DNA of 64,000 nt from Eukaryota sp. GEM-RC1 (GCA_040285855.1 JAUFOQ010000003.1:1612001-1676000), one strand, 5' to 3'; positions 46,201 to 60,450 are shown, counted from the first letter of the stretch. Notes: a model not told the origin generated them from the letters alone. Made by a program: numbers and translations.

Positions 46201-46525
46201 CGAACTTCATACTGAAGAACCAAGGATTGTTGCTTTAAAATTACAGGCTGTTTGAGCCTCGTGAAAATAGCATGATGGGAAGCAGGGTTTTCATAACCAG
46301 ACCTTCATCGAAAGGAATGCCTGTTGGTGGTTTACCGACTTCAACGCTCCACTGACCATGATACTTATCATTTGAAACAACAGTCCACTTGTCCAAATTC
46401 AAGAAGGGATCGAAAAAGAAGGAACGGTTTTTGAGTTCAAAGGAGCTGAGATCCTGACGATCATGCCCATCTACGATAGCAGTGGAGACTAACAGGAACA
46501 ATAGGACAATGATGTCCCGATTCAT
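43242..46525 (-). CDS. Calnexin-like + TM + 25-aa acidic repeats + PH domain (paralog of 11132-16173); 28-nt intron; frameshifts at ~46288 and ~45878
   Basis: Calnexin part nearly identical to 11132-12625. PH domain FFQGYLMKQG^GMWKNWKKRWFIL...RWTDVL is restored by splicing 43523-43550. Confidence 0.85.
43523..43550 (-). other. 28-nt GT-AG spliceosomal intron
   Basis: gtatgtatttatcttagatttattttag; removal restores KQGGMWKNWKKRWF, collinear with the intronless paralogs KQSGIFKRWIKRWF and KQSGVLKRWKKRWF. Confidence 0.85.
43690..45015 (-). repeat. Coding tandem array, 75-bp unit (PVEPTIVEKPAEVNEDLDVVAQENL), ~17-18 copies
   Basis: Direct 75-bp periodicity. Confidence 0.95.
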
Positions 46526-47927
46526 GAGAGATAACTCAGGTAAAACAATGGGCAAAACACGTGTTTTTTGATTGTTCTTTTGATTCACATCGCAACTTAC
46601 TAGTCATCACAGCTGATTCTGAGTTTTGCTAAAAATAAGGACAGTATCAAAATACAATCTATGAAATACTAGACAGAAAATTCTTGATCAACAGTAAGTT
46701 ATATTGGAGAATATTCTCTACAACAAAGTGGTAATTGAATTAATAAATTTGGGAACCGATAAGAACAGAGAAAGAATCAAACGGTTTTGTCAAATGGATA
46801 TCATGTCAATTTGTTCATCAAATTTGTAGACAAATTCTTGCTATAAAGGTCCATACATCAAATTGCTGCTTTAACCTCACGGAGACGTAATTCTGTATTT
46901 CAGATTCTTGCTAAATATGTTTGAAGAATTGTGTTCAGAATGTGATACGAAGTGTCACAGGGCGTACCAGGGCCTGTGGATAAATATTTGTATTTAAATA
47001 TTTAAAATAAATAATGATATTTTATGTATTTTTTCAAGTTGGGCTCCCCCATTATTTATTTTGGGAAAACAGAAAATGAAAAATTATTGATGTATTTTTT
47101 TGTTCTCTCACTGCACAGCCGTAGCTCTGTTGTGAATATTGATGGTATTGTGTATTTGTAAGTGCATATACAAGTCGTTTTTTCCTTCTAAGCTTGATAA
47201 AGATCATTCCCCTGTCGAAATAGAGCCATACCAATCTAATTTAAGCAGTAGTACTCTTTGTAACAAACAAATGCTGTTCCCATGGTACTAATTGTAATCT
47301 TTCAACCCTGGAACTCAAAGAATGTGAAAATGTGTTTGCTGTACGGTAACTGTTGGAAAATATTGATTTGGTTTGACCACATTCCCGTTGAATGGAACTC
47401 CGTGTCTACAACAGGGATGTAATAAAATATATTTAAATAAATAAAATATTGTGTGGGCTTGCAATAAATATATTGATATTGTCAGGCATCACAATAAATA
47501 ATTATATTTATTGACAATATTATCTGCTGCAACTTTAGTACTGGTATAATGTAGAAAAACCGGGTTTATGATCAATTAGTGAAAAATTGCTATCATAGTA
47601 AAAAAATTGCTATCATAGTCACTTTCTTGAAAGAACTTTATTCGGCACCCAATAAGGTAACCTTCCTACAAGCTATGAAATTGTAAAAACACACAAATAA
47701 TACTAAGATTAAATCCAAACGACTTCATCACCACCCGGTAAAAGATTACGTTTATCAACATTAACCTTCACACCAAACTTGTACAATTTCTCAATTAATC
47801 TAGAGAAATAGAAAGACATATTTTTGATATATGGAAAACACAATACGGTTTTTCCATTCAGACATTCTAAACTTACGCTTCTTTTCTCTACACAATTCTT
47901 CGAAAAATATATATAAAATAGTATAAT

Positions 47928-48130
47928 CTATTCTTCATCTATTACTTCCCCATCTTGGTGCAACAAATCTTGACAAGGATTGTGGAGGAGAATTCTTCGA
48001 ACAGTCTCTTCATTCCAAAGTTGGGAGTTGTAGAGTAAAAGTAACTGTTTCTCAAGGCTTGAAGGGTGTAAACGTGATCGAAGAGCGCCAGTAGTAAGCT
48101 TTGCTCGACTGAACAATCTTTCAATTTTGT
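47928..48130 (-). pseudogene. hAT transposase C-terminal dimerisation-domain remnant
   Basis: IERLFSRAKLTTGALRSRLHPSSLEKQLLL; nearby atattgc-rich subterminal-type repeats at 48250-48380. Confidence 0.7.
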
Positions 48131-48646
48131 TCCATGATGGTATGATCAACTGTTTGTATCCTTGGTTACAAAATTGAGACAGTACTGTACGAATTGAAAT
48201 GAAGAAAGTTCGATATTTGCAAATGAAAACACAACAATTTGGCATGAAAATATATTGTCACAATATTGCAATATATTGCGATATTATTGCATATTGCGAT
48301 TTGAGACAATAAATATATTGTTGATCCAGCTGCTGACAATAAATAAATAAAAAATATTTATTTATTGCAATAAATACAGACTTTAACTTTTTGCACCATC
48401 GAATGCACCGTAAATTATATTTATTTCACCAAATTCACCACACAACTGAATGTACCATATATCATCTCAATGCACCACAATCTTTTCCTTCATTGTCTAC
48501 CAGTTATTTAATGGATTCCTTAAATCCTCGTGCGGACACTTTAGACGATCTTAAGACTTCCCTAACTCAAAGAAGATGAAACAGAACTTCGGAATTGACC
48601 AACAAACATTATAAGTTATAGTTCGAAATGCTCACGTATTCCACAC

Positions 48647-48939
48647 GTGCGCATACGGAATACGGTAGAACACGTGCAAAGTACCGTATTTCTACTTAAC
48701 ATCTACTGGTTGATGATATTTTTATGTGAGCTAATCTGTGTTTACAGCTGTTTCATCACATCCCTGTAGATGAACCTGAATTGCTATTGATCTGATAGAT
48801 TTCCACGATAGTTTAAGTTCATTGATGATATCAGCTTAAAAGACAAGAAACCAGTACACTAGTTAACATAAAGGAAAAGTAAAAGGAAGGGCACGTTGGA
48901 ATACGGCAAAAAAGAACCCAACGTATTCCGTTTGTGCAC
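48647..48939. mobile_element. Possible degenerate MITE
   Basis: Imperfect 18-bp inverted repeat gtgcgcatacggaatacg / cgtattccgtttgtgcac (16/18); no TSD found. Confidence 0.3.
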
Positions 48940-49007
48940 ATACTATCACTACAACACAATTAAAAAGAATTGTTTTTCAAACAAGAACATAATCAATTTA
49001 TAATAAA

Positions 49008-52000
49008 TTAGAAAAAACCATTATCTTTTTTCAACCTATCTTTCTTCCATCTGGGCAGGGAATTATACTTGTCTCTTGTGAGACCAAATTCCTTTCAAAT
49101 TCTTCATCTGATAGGTAAATCTCCAACTCAAGACGCTTAAACCCAATTGGCAACTCTGCAAGTTTCGCTTTGACATGTTTTGGAATAGAATCAAGATCTC
49201 TTTGGTGTTGTTCCAACTGAGAAGGGGTAGGAGGGGGATTTACTGCTTTGGCTGTTGTGTGTTTATGTGATGAGAGTGAAAATGGATTCCAAGGTTTTTG
49301 CATTATGTGAACTGAAAATTGGTCAAGAGATGAGGTGTTTTTCTGCCCCGACTTGTTTTGTGATGATTCGTTGTTTTCTGGAGCTGTAATTTCTTTAAGT
49401 AGAACGTCACCAGAAGGAGTGCAATTGCGGAAGTCAAACGAAGTCTTGCTTGAATTGACCTTGATTAAATCACGAAACTCGGAGATAGCATCAGTAGAAA
49501 TGATACAGTTTTCTAGAGTAAACTGTTTGATATTACAGGAGTTTAATAAAGATGTTAGTGCTACAACTTCTTTAAGAGTAATTGTAGTAGGGATATAAGG
49601 ACTAAATCGAAAACCACCAGTTTCAATTTCAATTGAATGTGGCGAGAACAAATGGCTCTTAAAAATAGAGTTGCTGAAGGAAAAAACTTCAAACAACGTC
49701 ACAAATGATAGTAAACTTAGAGATTTCATACCGAAACAATTCACACATTTAATAGAAACACTGGATTTCAAAGTTTTCAAAAGCGCAATTAGATCAAAGT
49801 GGGTAACTCTATTTTTGAAGATAATAGAACTGCTAGTAACATCGATTGAGTGAGGAGAAAGATCAAGATCTATCACCGAATTTCTAATAAAAAGAATTTC
49901 ATATAAATTCACAAGTGATTCAAAATTTGGAGATTCTAACCCTAGACTTTCGACACATTCTATAGAAGAGTTAGACTTCAAGGAATTTAGAAGAGATATC
50001 AAATCGGAGTTTGTAACACTTGATTTACATGAAATACTACAAGAATGAATATCAATTGAATGAGGAGAAACTTGAATATTTGAAGTGATTTGCTGAGTAG
50101 AGATCAAGTCAAAAATAGTTATGAGACTTTTAAGACCAAAAGAGTTATTACTCAGATTAACTTTTCTTATTGAATGATTAGATTGAACTGCATTAATTAA
50201 CTTCAAAACACAATCATCAGTCAACTCACAGCTACTGAAGTCAATAGAAATCAACGAATCACTGACCCTGATCAAATCACACAAAATATTGATTGAAGAA
50301 GGTGAAAAACGGCAGTTGTTGATAGCTAGTTCTGTTAAATTTGGTAGTTTCACAAGAGAATTTAGAGATGAGTCTTCAACGATAAAAGGAATGGACCCTG
50401 AAGGTGAAAAACAGAAACTTCCTTTTGAAATATTAATTAAATGAGGAGAAATATCAAGAACAACAACTGAATTCTTGATGGAAAGAATTTGAAAAAGATC
50501 AACAAGTCCTGTTAGAGTTAGACCATTTAAGCTTTGAATTTTGAGAAATTTAATTAGAGAATCTGAATTTAAAGTCTTGAAAAGTGAAATTGCATCAGAG
50601 TGTTCAACTTCAGTACCAACGTAAATAGTTCCAGTAAAAACATCAACTGAATGAGGAGGAATCTGAATATTTAAGGTTAGTTTTTGATTTAAAACCAACT
50701 TAAAAATGAAAAAAAGACTCTCTAAACTTAACAAATTATTGTTCAAATAAACGCTCCTTATTGAACAATGACATTGAATTGCATCTATTAAGTTCAAAAC
50801 ACATTCATCAGTTAATCCACAGTTACTGAAGTCAATAGAAGTCAACGAATCACTGTCCCTAATAAAATCACACAAAACAGTGATTGAAGAAGGTGAAAAA
50901 AGACACCGTTGAACTGTTAGCTCTTTTATTCCAAGTACTTTCACAAGAGATCGTGGGAAAGAGACTTCACCATAAATTGGAATGTGCCCTGAATGGGAAA
51001 AACATAATGTTCTATTTGAAATATTAATTAAATGAGGATAAACATCAAGATCAACAACTGAGTTATTAATGGAAAGAATTGCAAATAAAGTCACAAATTC
51101 TTCAAAATTTGGACTTTTGATTTTTGGAATTTCAACACGTTTAAGACAAGTCAGATATTTCAAGGATCTTAAAAGAGAAATTAGATCAGAGTTATTAACC
51201 TTAGATTTACATGCAATGTAACCAGTAGAAATATTAATCAAATGAGGAGAAATTTGAATATTTGGAGTTAGTTGTTGATTAGAGATCAAATCAAAAAGAG
51301 TGATAAGGCTAAACAGACCAGAGGAATTACTATTCAGATTAATTTTTCTTATTGAACGATTAGATTGAACTGCATTAATTAATTTCAAAACATTATCATC
51401 AGTTAACCCACAGTTATTGAAGTCAATAGAAGTCAACGAATCACTGACCCTAATCAAATCACACAAAATATTGATTGAAGAAGGTGAAAAACGGCAGTTG
51501 TTGATAGTTAGTTCCTTTAAATTTGGTAGTTTCACAAGAGAATTTAGAGATGAGTCTTCAACAGAAAAAGAAATGGATCCTGAAGCTGAAAAACGGAAAC
51601 TTCTTTTTGAAATATTAATTAAATGAGAAGAAATATCAAGAACTATAACTGAATTCTTGATGGAAAGAATTTCAAAAAGATCAACAAGCCCTTCCAGAGT
51701 TGGACCATTTAAGATTTGAATTTTGAGAATTTTAATTAGAGAATCTGAACGTAATGTTTTGAAAAGTGAAATTACATCAGAGCGTTCAACTTCAGTACCA
51801 AATTCAATAGTTCCAGTAGAAACATCAATTGAATGAGGAGAAATCTGAATATTGGCAGTTAGTTCTTGACTTGACACCAACTTAAAAATAATTAAAAGAC
51901 TTTCTAAACTTTGACAATTATTGTTGAGATTAAGATTTCTTATTGAAGGATTAGATTGAACTGCATCTATTAACTTCAAAACACAATCGTCAGTTAACCC

Positions 52001-55000
52001 ACAGTTACCGAAGTCAATAGAAGTCAACGAATCACTGATCTTAATCAAATCACACAAAACATTGATTGAAGAAGGTGAAAAACGGCAGTTGTTGATAGTT
52101 AGTTCCTTTAAATTTGGTAGTTTCACAAGAGAATTTAGAGATGAGTCTTCAACAGAAAAGAAATGGATCCTGAAGGTGAAAAACGGAAACTTCTTTTTGA
52201 TACATTAATTGAATGAGGAGAAATATCAAGATAAATCAATGAATTATTAAGAGAAAGAATTTCAAAAAGTGTCAGAAGTACTTCCAGACTGGGAATTTCT
52301 ATAGGTGTACTTTCGATACGTTTAATTGAAGGATTTGAATTCACTGACCCGAAAATTGAAATCAATTCGGAATGGTTAACTTTGTTTTCATAGAAAATAG
52401 TACCTTCTGCAAAATCAAAAAATGAGGAGAAATTTGAACTTTTGAAGTAAATTCGTGACTAATGACTAAATCAAATATGATTAAAAGACTCTTTAATCCA
52501 AGAAGATTATTATTCAAATTAACGTTTCTTATTGAATGATTAGATTGAAGTGCATCTATTAATTTCAAAACACAATCATCAGTCAACCCACAGTTACTGA
52601 AGTCAATAGAAGTCAACGAATCACTTTCCCTAATCACGTCACACAAAAGAGTGAGAGAAGTACGAGATATACTACATCTTTTACAAGTTATCTCTTTTAT
52701 TCCTAAAAGTTTCACCAAAGAACGTAGAAACGGAACTTCGCCTGAAAAAGGAATGTGCCTTGAACTGTAGAAACAAAAACCCCTTGTTGAAATATTAATA
52801 AAATGAGGAGTTAGATTATTAAAATTGGTAGCAACGTCGAGATCAATTACTACATTATTGGTAGAAAGAATTTCAACTAACGTTACCAATAATGCAAGAT
52901 TTTCACATTGTACTTTTGGAATATTAATGCGTTTGATGGAAGATTTGGATTTCACAGATTTTAAAAGTGGAATTAAGTCAGAGTTGTTAATCCTAGATTT
53001 ACAGGAAATACTTCCAGTAGAAACATCAATTGAATGAGGAGAAACTTGAATACTTGAGGTTAGTTTTTGACTTGAAATCAACTCAAAAATAATTGAAAGA
53101 CTTTCTAAACTTAGACAATTATTGTTGAGACTAACTTTTCTTATTGAATGATTAGATTGAACTACGGTAATTAATTTCAAAACACAATCATCAGTTAATC
53201 CACAGTTACTGAAGTCAATAGAAGTCAACGAACCACCGATCCTAATCAAATCACACAAAACAGTGATTGAAGAAGGTGTAAAACGACAGTTGTTGATGGT
53301 TAGTTCCTTTAAATTTGGTAGTTTCACAAGAGAATTTAGAGATGAGTCTTCAACAGACAAAGGAATGGATCCTGAAGGTGAAAAACAGAAACTTCCTTTT
53401 GAAATATTAATTAAATGAGGAAAAATGTGAACATTTGGAGTTATTTGCTGAGTAGCGATCAAATCAAAAATAGTTATGAACCTTTGAAAACCGACATAAC
53501 TGTTACTCAGATTAATTTTTCTTATTAAAGGATTACATTGAACTGCATTAATTAACTTCAAAACACTATCATCAGTTAAACCACAGTGACTGAAGTCAAT
53601 AGAAGTCAATGAATCACTGTCCCTAATCAAATCACACAAAACAGTGATTGAAAAAGATGAAAAACGGCAGTTTTTGATAGTTAGTTCCTTTAAATTTGGT
53701 AGTTTCACAAGAGAATTTAGTGATGAGTTTTCAACAGACAAAGGAATGGATCCTGAAGGTGAAAAGCAGAAACTTCCTTTTGAAATATTAATTAAATGAG
53801 GAAAAATATCAAGATCAATCAAAGACTTATTAGTAGAAAGAATTTCAAACAGTAAAACAAGTTCTTTGAAGTTTGAACTTTTTACTTTTGAACTTTCAAT
53901 ACGTTTAATAAAGAGTTAGATTTCAAGGACCTTGAAAGTGAAATTAAGTCAGAGTTATTAACCACAGATTTACAGGAAATACAGCCAGTAGAAATATCAA
54001 TTGAATGAGGAGAAACTTGAATATTTGAAGTGATTTGCTGAGTAGAAATCAAATCAACCATATTTATAAGACTTTTAAGACCGAAAGAATTTAAGTTCAA
54101 ATTAACTTTTCGTATTGAAGAATTAGATTGCAATGCATTAATAAATTTCAAAACGCAACCATCAGTTAACCCACAGTTACTGAAGTCAATAGAAGTCAAT
54201 GAATCACTGTCCCTAATCAAATCACACAAAACAGTGATCGACGAAGATGAAAAACGGCAGTTTTTGATAGTTACTTCCTTTAAATTTGGTAGTTTCACAA
54301 GAGAATTTAGTGATGAGTCTTCAACAGACAAAGGAATGGACCCTGAAGGGGAAAAACAGAAACTTCCTTTTGAAATATTAATTAAATGAGAAGAAACACC
54401 AAGATCAATAACTGAGTTCCTAATAGAAAGAATTTCAAATAAAGCCAATATTCCTTCAAGATTTAGAGAATCTACTCCTCGACTTTCAACACGTGTTATA
54501 GAAGTCATAGATTTCAAAGATTTTAAAAGTGCAATCAAATCGGAGCTACTAACCTTAGTTTCGTAATACACAATACAAGTACTGTAATCAATGAAATGAG
54601 GCGATAATTGAATCTTTCGAGTTAACTTTTGATTTGAGGCTAATTCAGTAATGGTTATTAGACTCTTCAATCCGAGACTATTATTATTCATATTAATTTT
54701 TCTTATTGAAGGATTACATTGAACTGCATTAATTAACTTCAAAACACTATCATCAGTTAAACCACAGTGACTGAAGTCAATAAAAGTCAATGAATCACTT
54801 TCCCTAATCAAATCACAAAAAACAGTGATTGAAGAAGGTGAAAAACGACATCTACTAATCACCAGGTTTTTTAATTCTAATAGTTTCACAAGAAAACGTG
54901 GAAACGTTACTTCATCATATGAAGCAATGGATTCTGAAGGTGAAAAACAGAAGCTTCTTTTTGATACATTAATTAAATGTGAAGATCGATCAAGATCGAT

Positions 55001-58000
55001 AAATGAATTTCTGTTAGTAAGATCTTTAATCAGAGCCACAAGTTCTTCAATATTTGGATTTTCTAGATTTCGACTTTTAATACCTTTAATGGAAGAATGT
55101 GATTTCAATGATTTTAAAAGTGAAATGAAATCAGAGTGTTCAATCACATTGTCATACAAAAACCATCCAGTAGATACATCGAAAGAATGAGGAGAAATTT
55201 GAATATTTGGAGTGAATTTTTGAGTTAAAGTCAGTTCAAAAATGATTGCCAGACTATTAAGTTTGAGACAATTATTACTCAGCTTAACGTTTGTTATTAT
55301 AGGATTAGATTGAACTGCAATAATTAAGTCCAAGACACAATCATCCGTTAATCCACAGTTACTGAAGTCAATAGAAGTCAACGAATCACTGACCCTAATC
55401 AAATCACACAAAACATTGATTGAAGAAGGTGAAAAACGACAGTTGTTGATAGCTAGTTCCTTTAAATTTGGTAGTTTCACAAGAGAATTTAGAGATGAGT
55501 CTTCAACAGAAAAAGGAATGGACCCCGAAGGTGAAAAACAGAAACTTCCTTTTGAAATATTAATTAAATGAGAAGAAACACCAAGATCAATCAATGAATT
55601 ACTGACGGAAAGAATGTCAAAAGATCAACAAATCCTGTTAGAGTTGGACCATTTAAGATTTGAATTTTGAGAATTTTAATTAAAGAATTTGGTTTTATAG
55701 CTTTGATAACAGAAATTACATCAGATTGTTTAACTTTAGTACCAAAGTAAATAGTTCCAGTAGAAACATCAATTGAATGAGGAGAAATTTGAATATTTGC
55801 AGTTAGTTCTTGACTTGACACCAATTCAAAAATAATTAAAAGACTTTCTAAACTTAGACAATTATTGTTGAGATTAATTTTTCTTATCGAATGATTAGAT
55901 TGAACTGCACCAATTAATTTGAAAACACAATCATCAGTTAAACCACAGTTACTGAAGTCAATAGAAGTCAACGAATCACTGTCTGTAACCAAATCAAACA
56001 AAATAGTGATTGAAGAAGGTGAAAAACGACAGTTGTTGATAGCTAGTTCTTTTAAATTTGGTAGTTTCACAAGAGAATTTAGAGATGAGTCTTCAACAGA
56101 CAAAGGAATGGATCCTGAAGGGGAAAAACAGAAACTTCCCTTTGAAATATTAATTAAATGACAAGAAACATCAAGATCAATAACTGAATTATTATTATAA
56201 AGAACTTCAAAAAGACCAACAAGTTCTTCTAGTTTGATGTTAGTTCGGGTTTGCATTTTAAGAAGATTAATTAATGACTTTCGACTCAAACTATGTAAAA
56301 GTGAAATTACATCGGAGTGTGAAACTTTAGTACCAAAGTCAATGTACCCAGTAGAAACATCAACTGAATGAGGAGAAATTTGAATATTTGCGGTTAGTTT
56401 TTGACTTGACACCAACTTAAAAATAATTAAAAGACTCTCGAAACTTAGACAATTATTGTTGAGATTAACATTTCTTATTGAATGATTAGATTGAACTGCA
56501 GCAATTAATTTCAAAAACAATCATCAGTTAACCCACAGTTACTGAAGTCAATAGAAGTCAATGAATCACTGACCTGGATCAAATCACACAAAACAGTGAT
56601 TGAAGAAGGTGAAAAACGGCAGTTTTTGATAGTTACTTCCTTTAAATTTGGTAGTTTCACAAGAGAATTTAGTGATGAGTCTTCAACAGAAATAGGAATG
56701 GACCGTGAAGGTGAAAAACAGAAACTTCTTTTTGAAATATTAATTAAATGAGGAGAAACATCAAGATCAATAACTGAATTCCTGATAGAAAGAATTTCAA
56801 ATAAAGACATGATTCCTTCAAGATTGAGAGAATCTACTCCTCGACTTTCAACACGTGATATTGGAGTCATAGATTTCAAAGAATTTAAAAGTGCAATCAA
56901 ATCGGAGCTACTAACCTTAGTTTCGTAATACACAATACAAGTACTGTAATCAATGAAATGAGGCGATAATTGAATGTTTCGAGTTAACTTTTGATTTGAG
57001 ACCAATTCAGTAATGGTTATTAGACTCTTCAATCCGAGATTATTATTATTCATATTAATTTTTCTTATTGAAGGATTACATTGAACTGCATTAATTAACT
57101 TCAAAACACTATCATCAGTTAAACCACAGTGACTGAAGTCAATAGAAGTCAATGAATCACTTTCCCTAATCAAATCACACAAAACAGTGATTGAAGAAGG
57201 TGAAAAACGACATCTACTAATCACCAGGTTTTTTAATTCTAATAGTTTCACAAGAAAACGTGGAAACGTTACTTCATCATATGAAGCAATGGATTCTGAA
57301 GGTGAAAAACAGAAGCTTCTTTTGATACATTAATTAAATGTGAAGATCGATCAAGATCGATAAATGAATTTCTGTTAGTAAGATCTTTAATCAGAGCCAC
57401 AAGTTCTTCAATATTTGGATTTTCTAGATTTCGACTTTTAATACCTTTAATGGAAGAATGTGATTTCAATGATTTTAAAAGTGAAATGAAATCAGAGTGT
57501 TCAATCACATTGTCATACAAAAACCATCCAGTAGATACATCGAAAGAATGAGGAGAAATTTGAATATTTGGAGTGAATTTTTGAGTTAAAGTCAGTTCAA
57601 AAATGATTGCCAGACTATTAAGTTTGAGACAATTATTACTCAGCTTAACGTTTGTTATTATAGGATTAGATTGAACTGCAATAATTAAGTCCAAGACACA
57701 ATCATCCGTTAATCCACAGTTACTGAAGTCAATAGAAGTCAACGAATCACTGACCCTAATCAAATCACACAAAACATTGATTGAAGAAGGTGAAAAACGA
57801 CAGTTGTTGATAGCTAGTTCCTTTAAATTTGGTAGTTTCACAAGAGAATTTAGAGATGAGTCTTCAACAGAAAAAGGAATGGACCCCGAAGGTGAAAAAC
57901 AGAAACTTCCTTTTGAAATATTAATTAAATGAGAAGAAACACCAAGATCAATCAATGAATTACTGACGGAAAGAATGTCAAAAAGATCAACAAATCCTGT

Positions 58001-60111
58001 TAGAGTTGGACCATTTAAGATTTGAATTTTGAGAATTTTAATTAAAGAATTTGGTTTTATAGCTTTGATAACAGAAATTACATCAGAGTGTTTAACTTCA
58101 GTACCAAAGTAAATAGTTCCAGTAGAAACATCAATTGAATGAGGAGAAATCTGAATATTGGCAGTTAGTTCTTGACTTGACACCAACTTAAAAATAATTA
58201 AAAGACTTTCTAAACTTTGACAATTATTGTTGAGATTAAGATTTCTTATTGAAGGATTAGATTGAACTGCATCTATTAACTTCAAAACACAATCGTCAGT
58301 TAACCCACAGTTACCGAAGTCAATAGAAGTCAACGAATCACTGATCTTAATCAAATCACACAAAACATTGATTGAAGAAGGCGAAAAACGATATCTTTGA
58401 AGACTTAACTCCTGAACACCTGATGATTTCATTCGAGAATGTATTGATGAAACCAGACTAGAAATTGAACGATGTCGTGAAGGTGAAGAATCTTGACCTC
58501 TTTTTGTCGATCTTGTTGAATTCCATGTATTATTCAGGGAACTGAAGTGAATGAAAGATTCCAATTCCTTAAGACTTACACTTTGTTCTTCAACGTTTTC
58601 CTCGTCCTTCAGGGAACTGTTATAACGTTTATCAGAAGGTTTAGATTTCAAGGAGTTAGGGTGATTTTGTCGAAGTTCCTTTAGTAAGACTGATAAATCT
58701 CTTGGATCAACAGTTGTAACTGGTGTATGTTTGTTGGCATCTTCTGGAGTTCTAATACTAGGTGGAACTACTTCACGACTTGTAACGGGAGTGGGTTCAG
58801 AAGGCAACGAATTTGTATCAACAACACCGTCAGTAAACTCACCATGTTCTTCTTGCTTCCTCTCTTCAGTTTCACCAAGATTCTCTCCAGGTTCTACCTC
58901 GTCAATCTGATCAACAATAGAACTGATATCACTACCAATCTTCTTAGAACCTTCATTTACTTTAAGTTCAGGGTGAACAGCATGTTTGTACTCACGGTTA
59001 AATGGTTGGAATACGACAACAAAAAGAATGGTTAAAACAACAAGAGACCAACCACCACCAACATAAAGGAAAATTCCACTAATGACGTAATAAGAGCTGG
59101 AAAAAAATCTAGTGAAGAAGAATGAAATTTTAAACACTGAGTTTTGTTCTTCAACAGTTGTTTCCTCCACTTCATTTGCCTGCTTTACATGAAAGGTTTC
59201 TTTGGCTAGACTCATTGCTACAGTCTCATCATGAGTTAAAAGAACATTGTCAATGAGAATATCCTCATCCAAAGTCCAAACTTCCATGCCAATAGCTTCA
59301 ACTTTCATTTTCTTTAACGGTTGAGATAGTTGAAAGTAATTAGGATTGTCAATGAGTGTAGCTTCAAACTTTCCTTTATAATCAGGATTCAAAACCATTG
59401 GAGGAATCCATTCAGCATCTTCATTCCAATCGTCAGGTTTAACAGCATCTGGATCAGGAATGAACTCCGGCTGATCCCAGTTATTAGGTTTTTGAACTTT
59501 AGGGTCAGGAATCTGCTTGGGAGGGTTAACAGGAGGTTCAAAAGAAGTCAAAAGACTTCCAGAAGACGCGATCTTGCCATCTATCTTGATTTGGAAGTCA
59601 TTGGTTTTGGGATCAACGATGAGGGTGTAGAGATGGGTGAAACCATCATTCTGAACAGAAGGAGGATTAACCAAATGATGTTCTTCGTACTTGTTAGTGA
59701 TTGGGTTTAAGGATGTGAAGACGAAGTGGACTTTGGAGGAACCACAGACATCGGGGCCAAACATGATAACGTAAGGAGTATCGTCAGAGAAGTCAGAACC
59801 AGTTGGAGTAGTTCGAAGAAGTTTCATGTAAGTTCCAGCACAAGAGATTGGATGCTTCCGATAGCGAACTTCATACTGAAGAACCAAGGGAAGCTTTTTC
59901 AGTACAAGGGATTTCTTGAGTTTCGTAAAGATAGCAGACGAAGAAGAAACGTCCTTGTTATTGGTAACAGTCCACTTATCCAAGTTCGAGAAGGGATCGA
60001 AGAACAATGAATGTTTTGTGAGCTTGAAGAAATCGAAATTGTGACGATCTTGGCCATGAACTATAGCAGTTGTCAAAAGAAGATCAATAGGACAGTAATG
60101 GTCCCATTCAT
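49008..60111 (-). CDS. Calnexin-like + TM + very long RNI-like LRR array + C-terminal villin headpiece; multiple 1-nt frameshifts
   Basis: ORF 57269-60076 holds calnexin, TM and the first LRRs in one frame. The LRR units (LKELTINNCRFS...SLTSIDFSNCGLTDD...IRKINLNNN) continue to ~49400. The end LPIGFKRLELEIYLSDEEF.[shift]EFGLTRDKYNSLPRWKKDRLKKDNGFF* (stop 49008-10) is a villin headpiece. Confidence 0.75.
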
Positions 60112-60450
60112 GAGAGAAACGGTTCAGTTAGTGACAGATGCAGATGTAATTGAAATTGTCAAATAGATCAATATTTAGAAAGAGTGTGTTAGTTTATTGA
60201 TGTTGTAGTAGTATTACAAGAACAAATCTATGAAACAATAGACCACATTTTTACCAGTCAATGGCACCACAGATCTCAAAAATAAAATTCTGTTCTTCAC
60301 CATCAACTGATCTAAAATCGAATTACAATATATTTGCATGGAACGACACAGTTCAAAGTTTCAAACGTTAACCCACTCAACCAAAAAATTTCATTGAAAA
60401 CTTTACCATACTCAGAACACAAAAAAAAACTGTTCTCAAACACAGATCCT

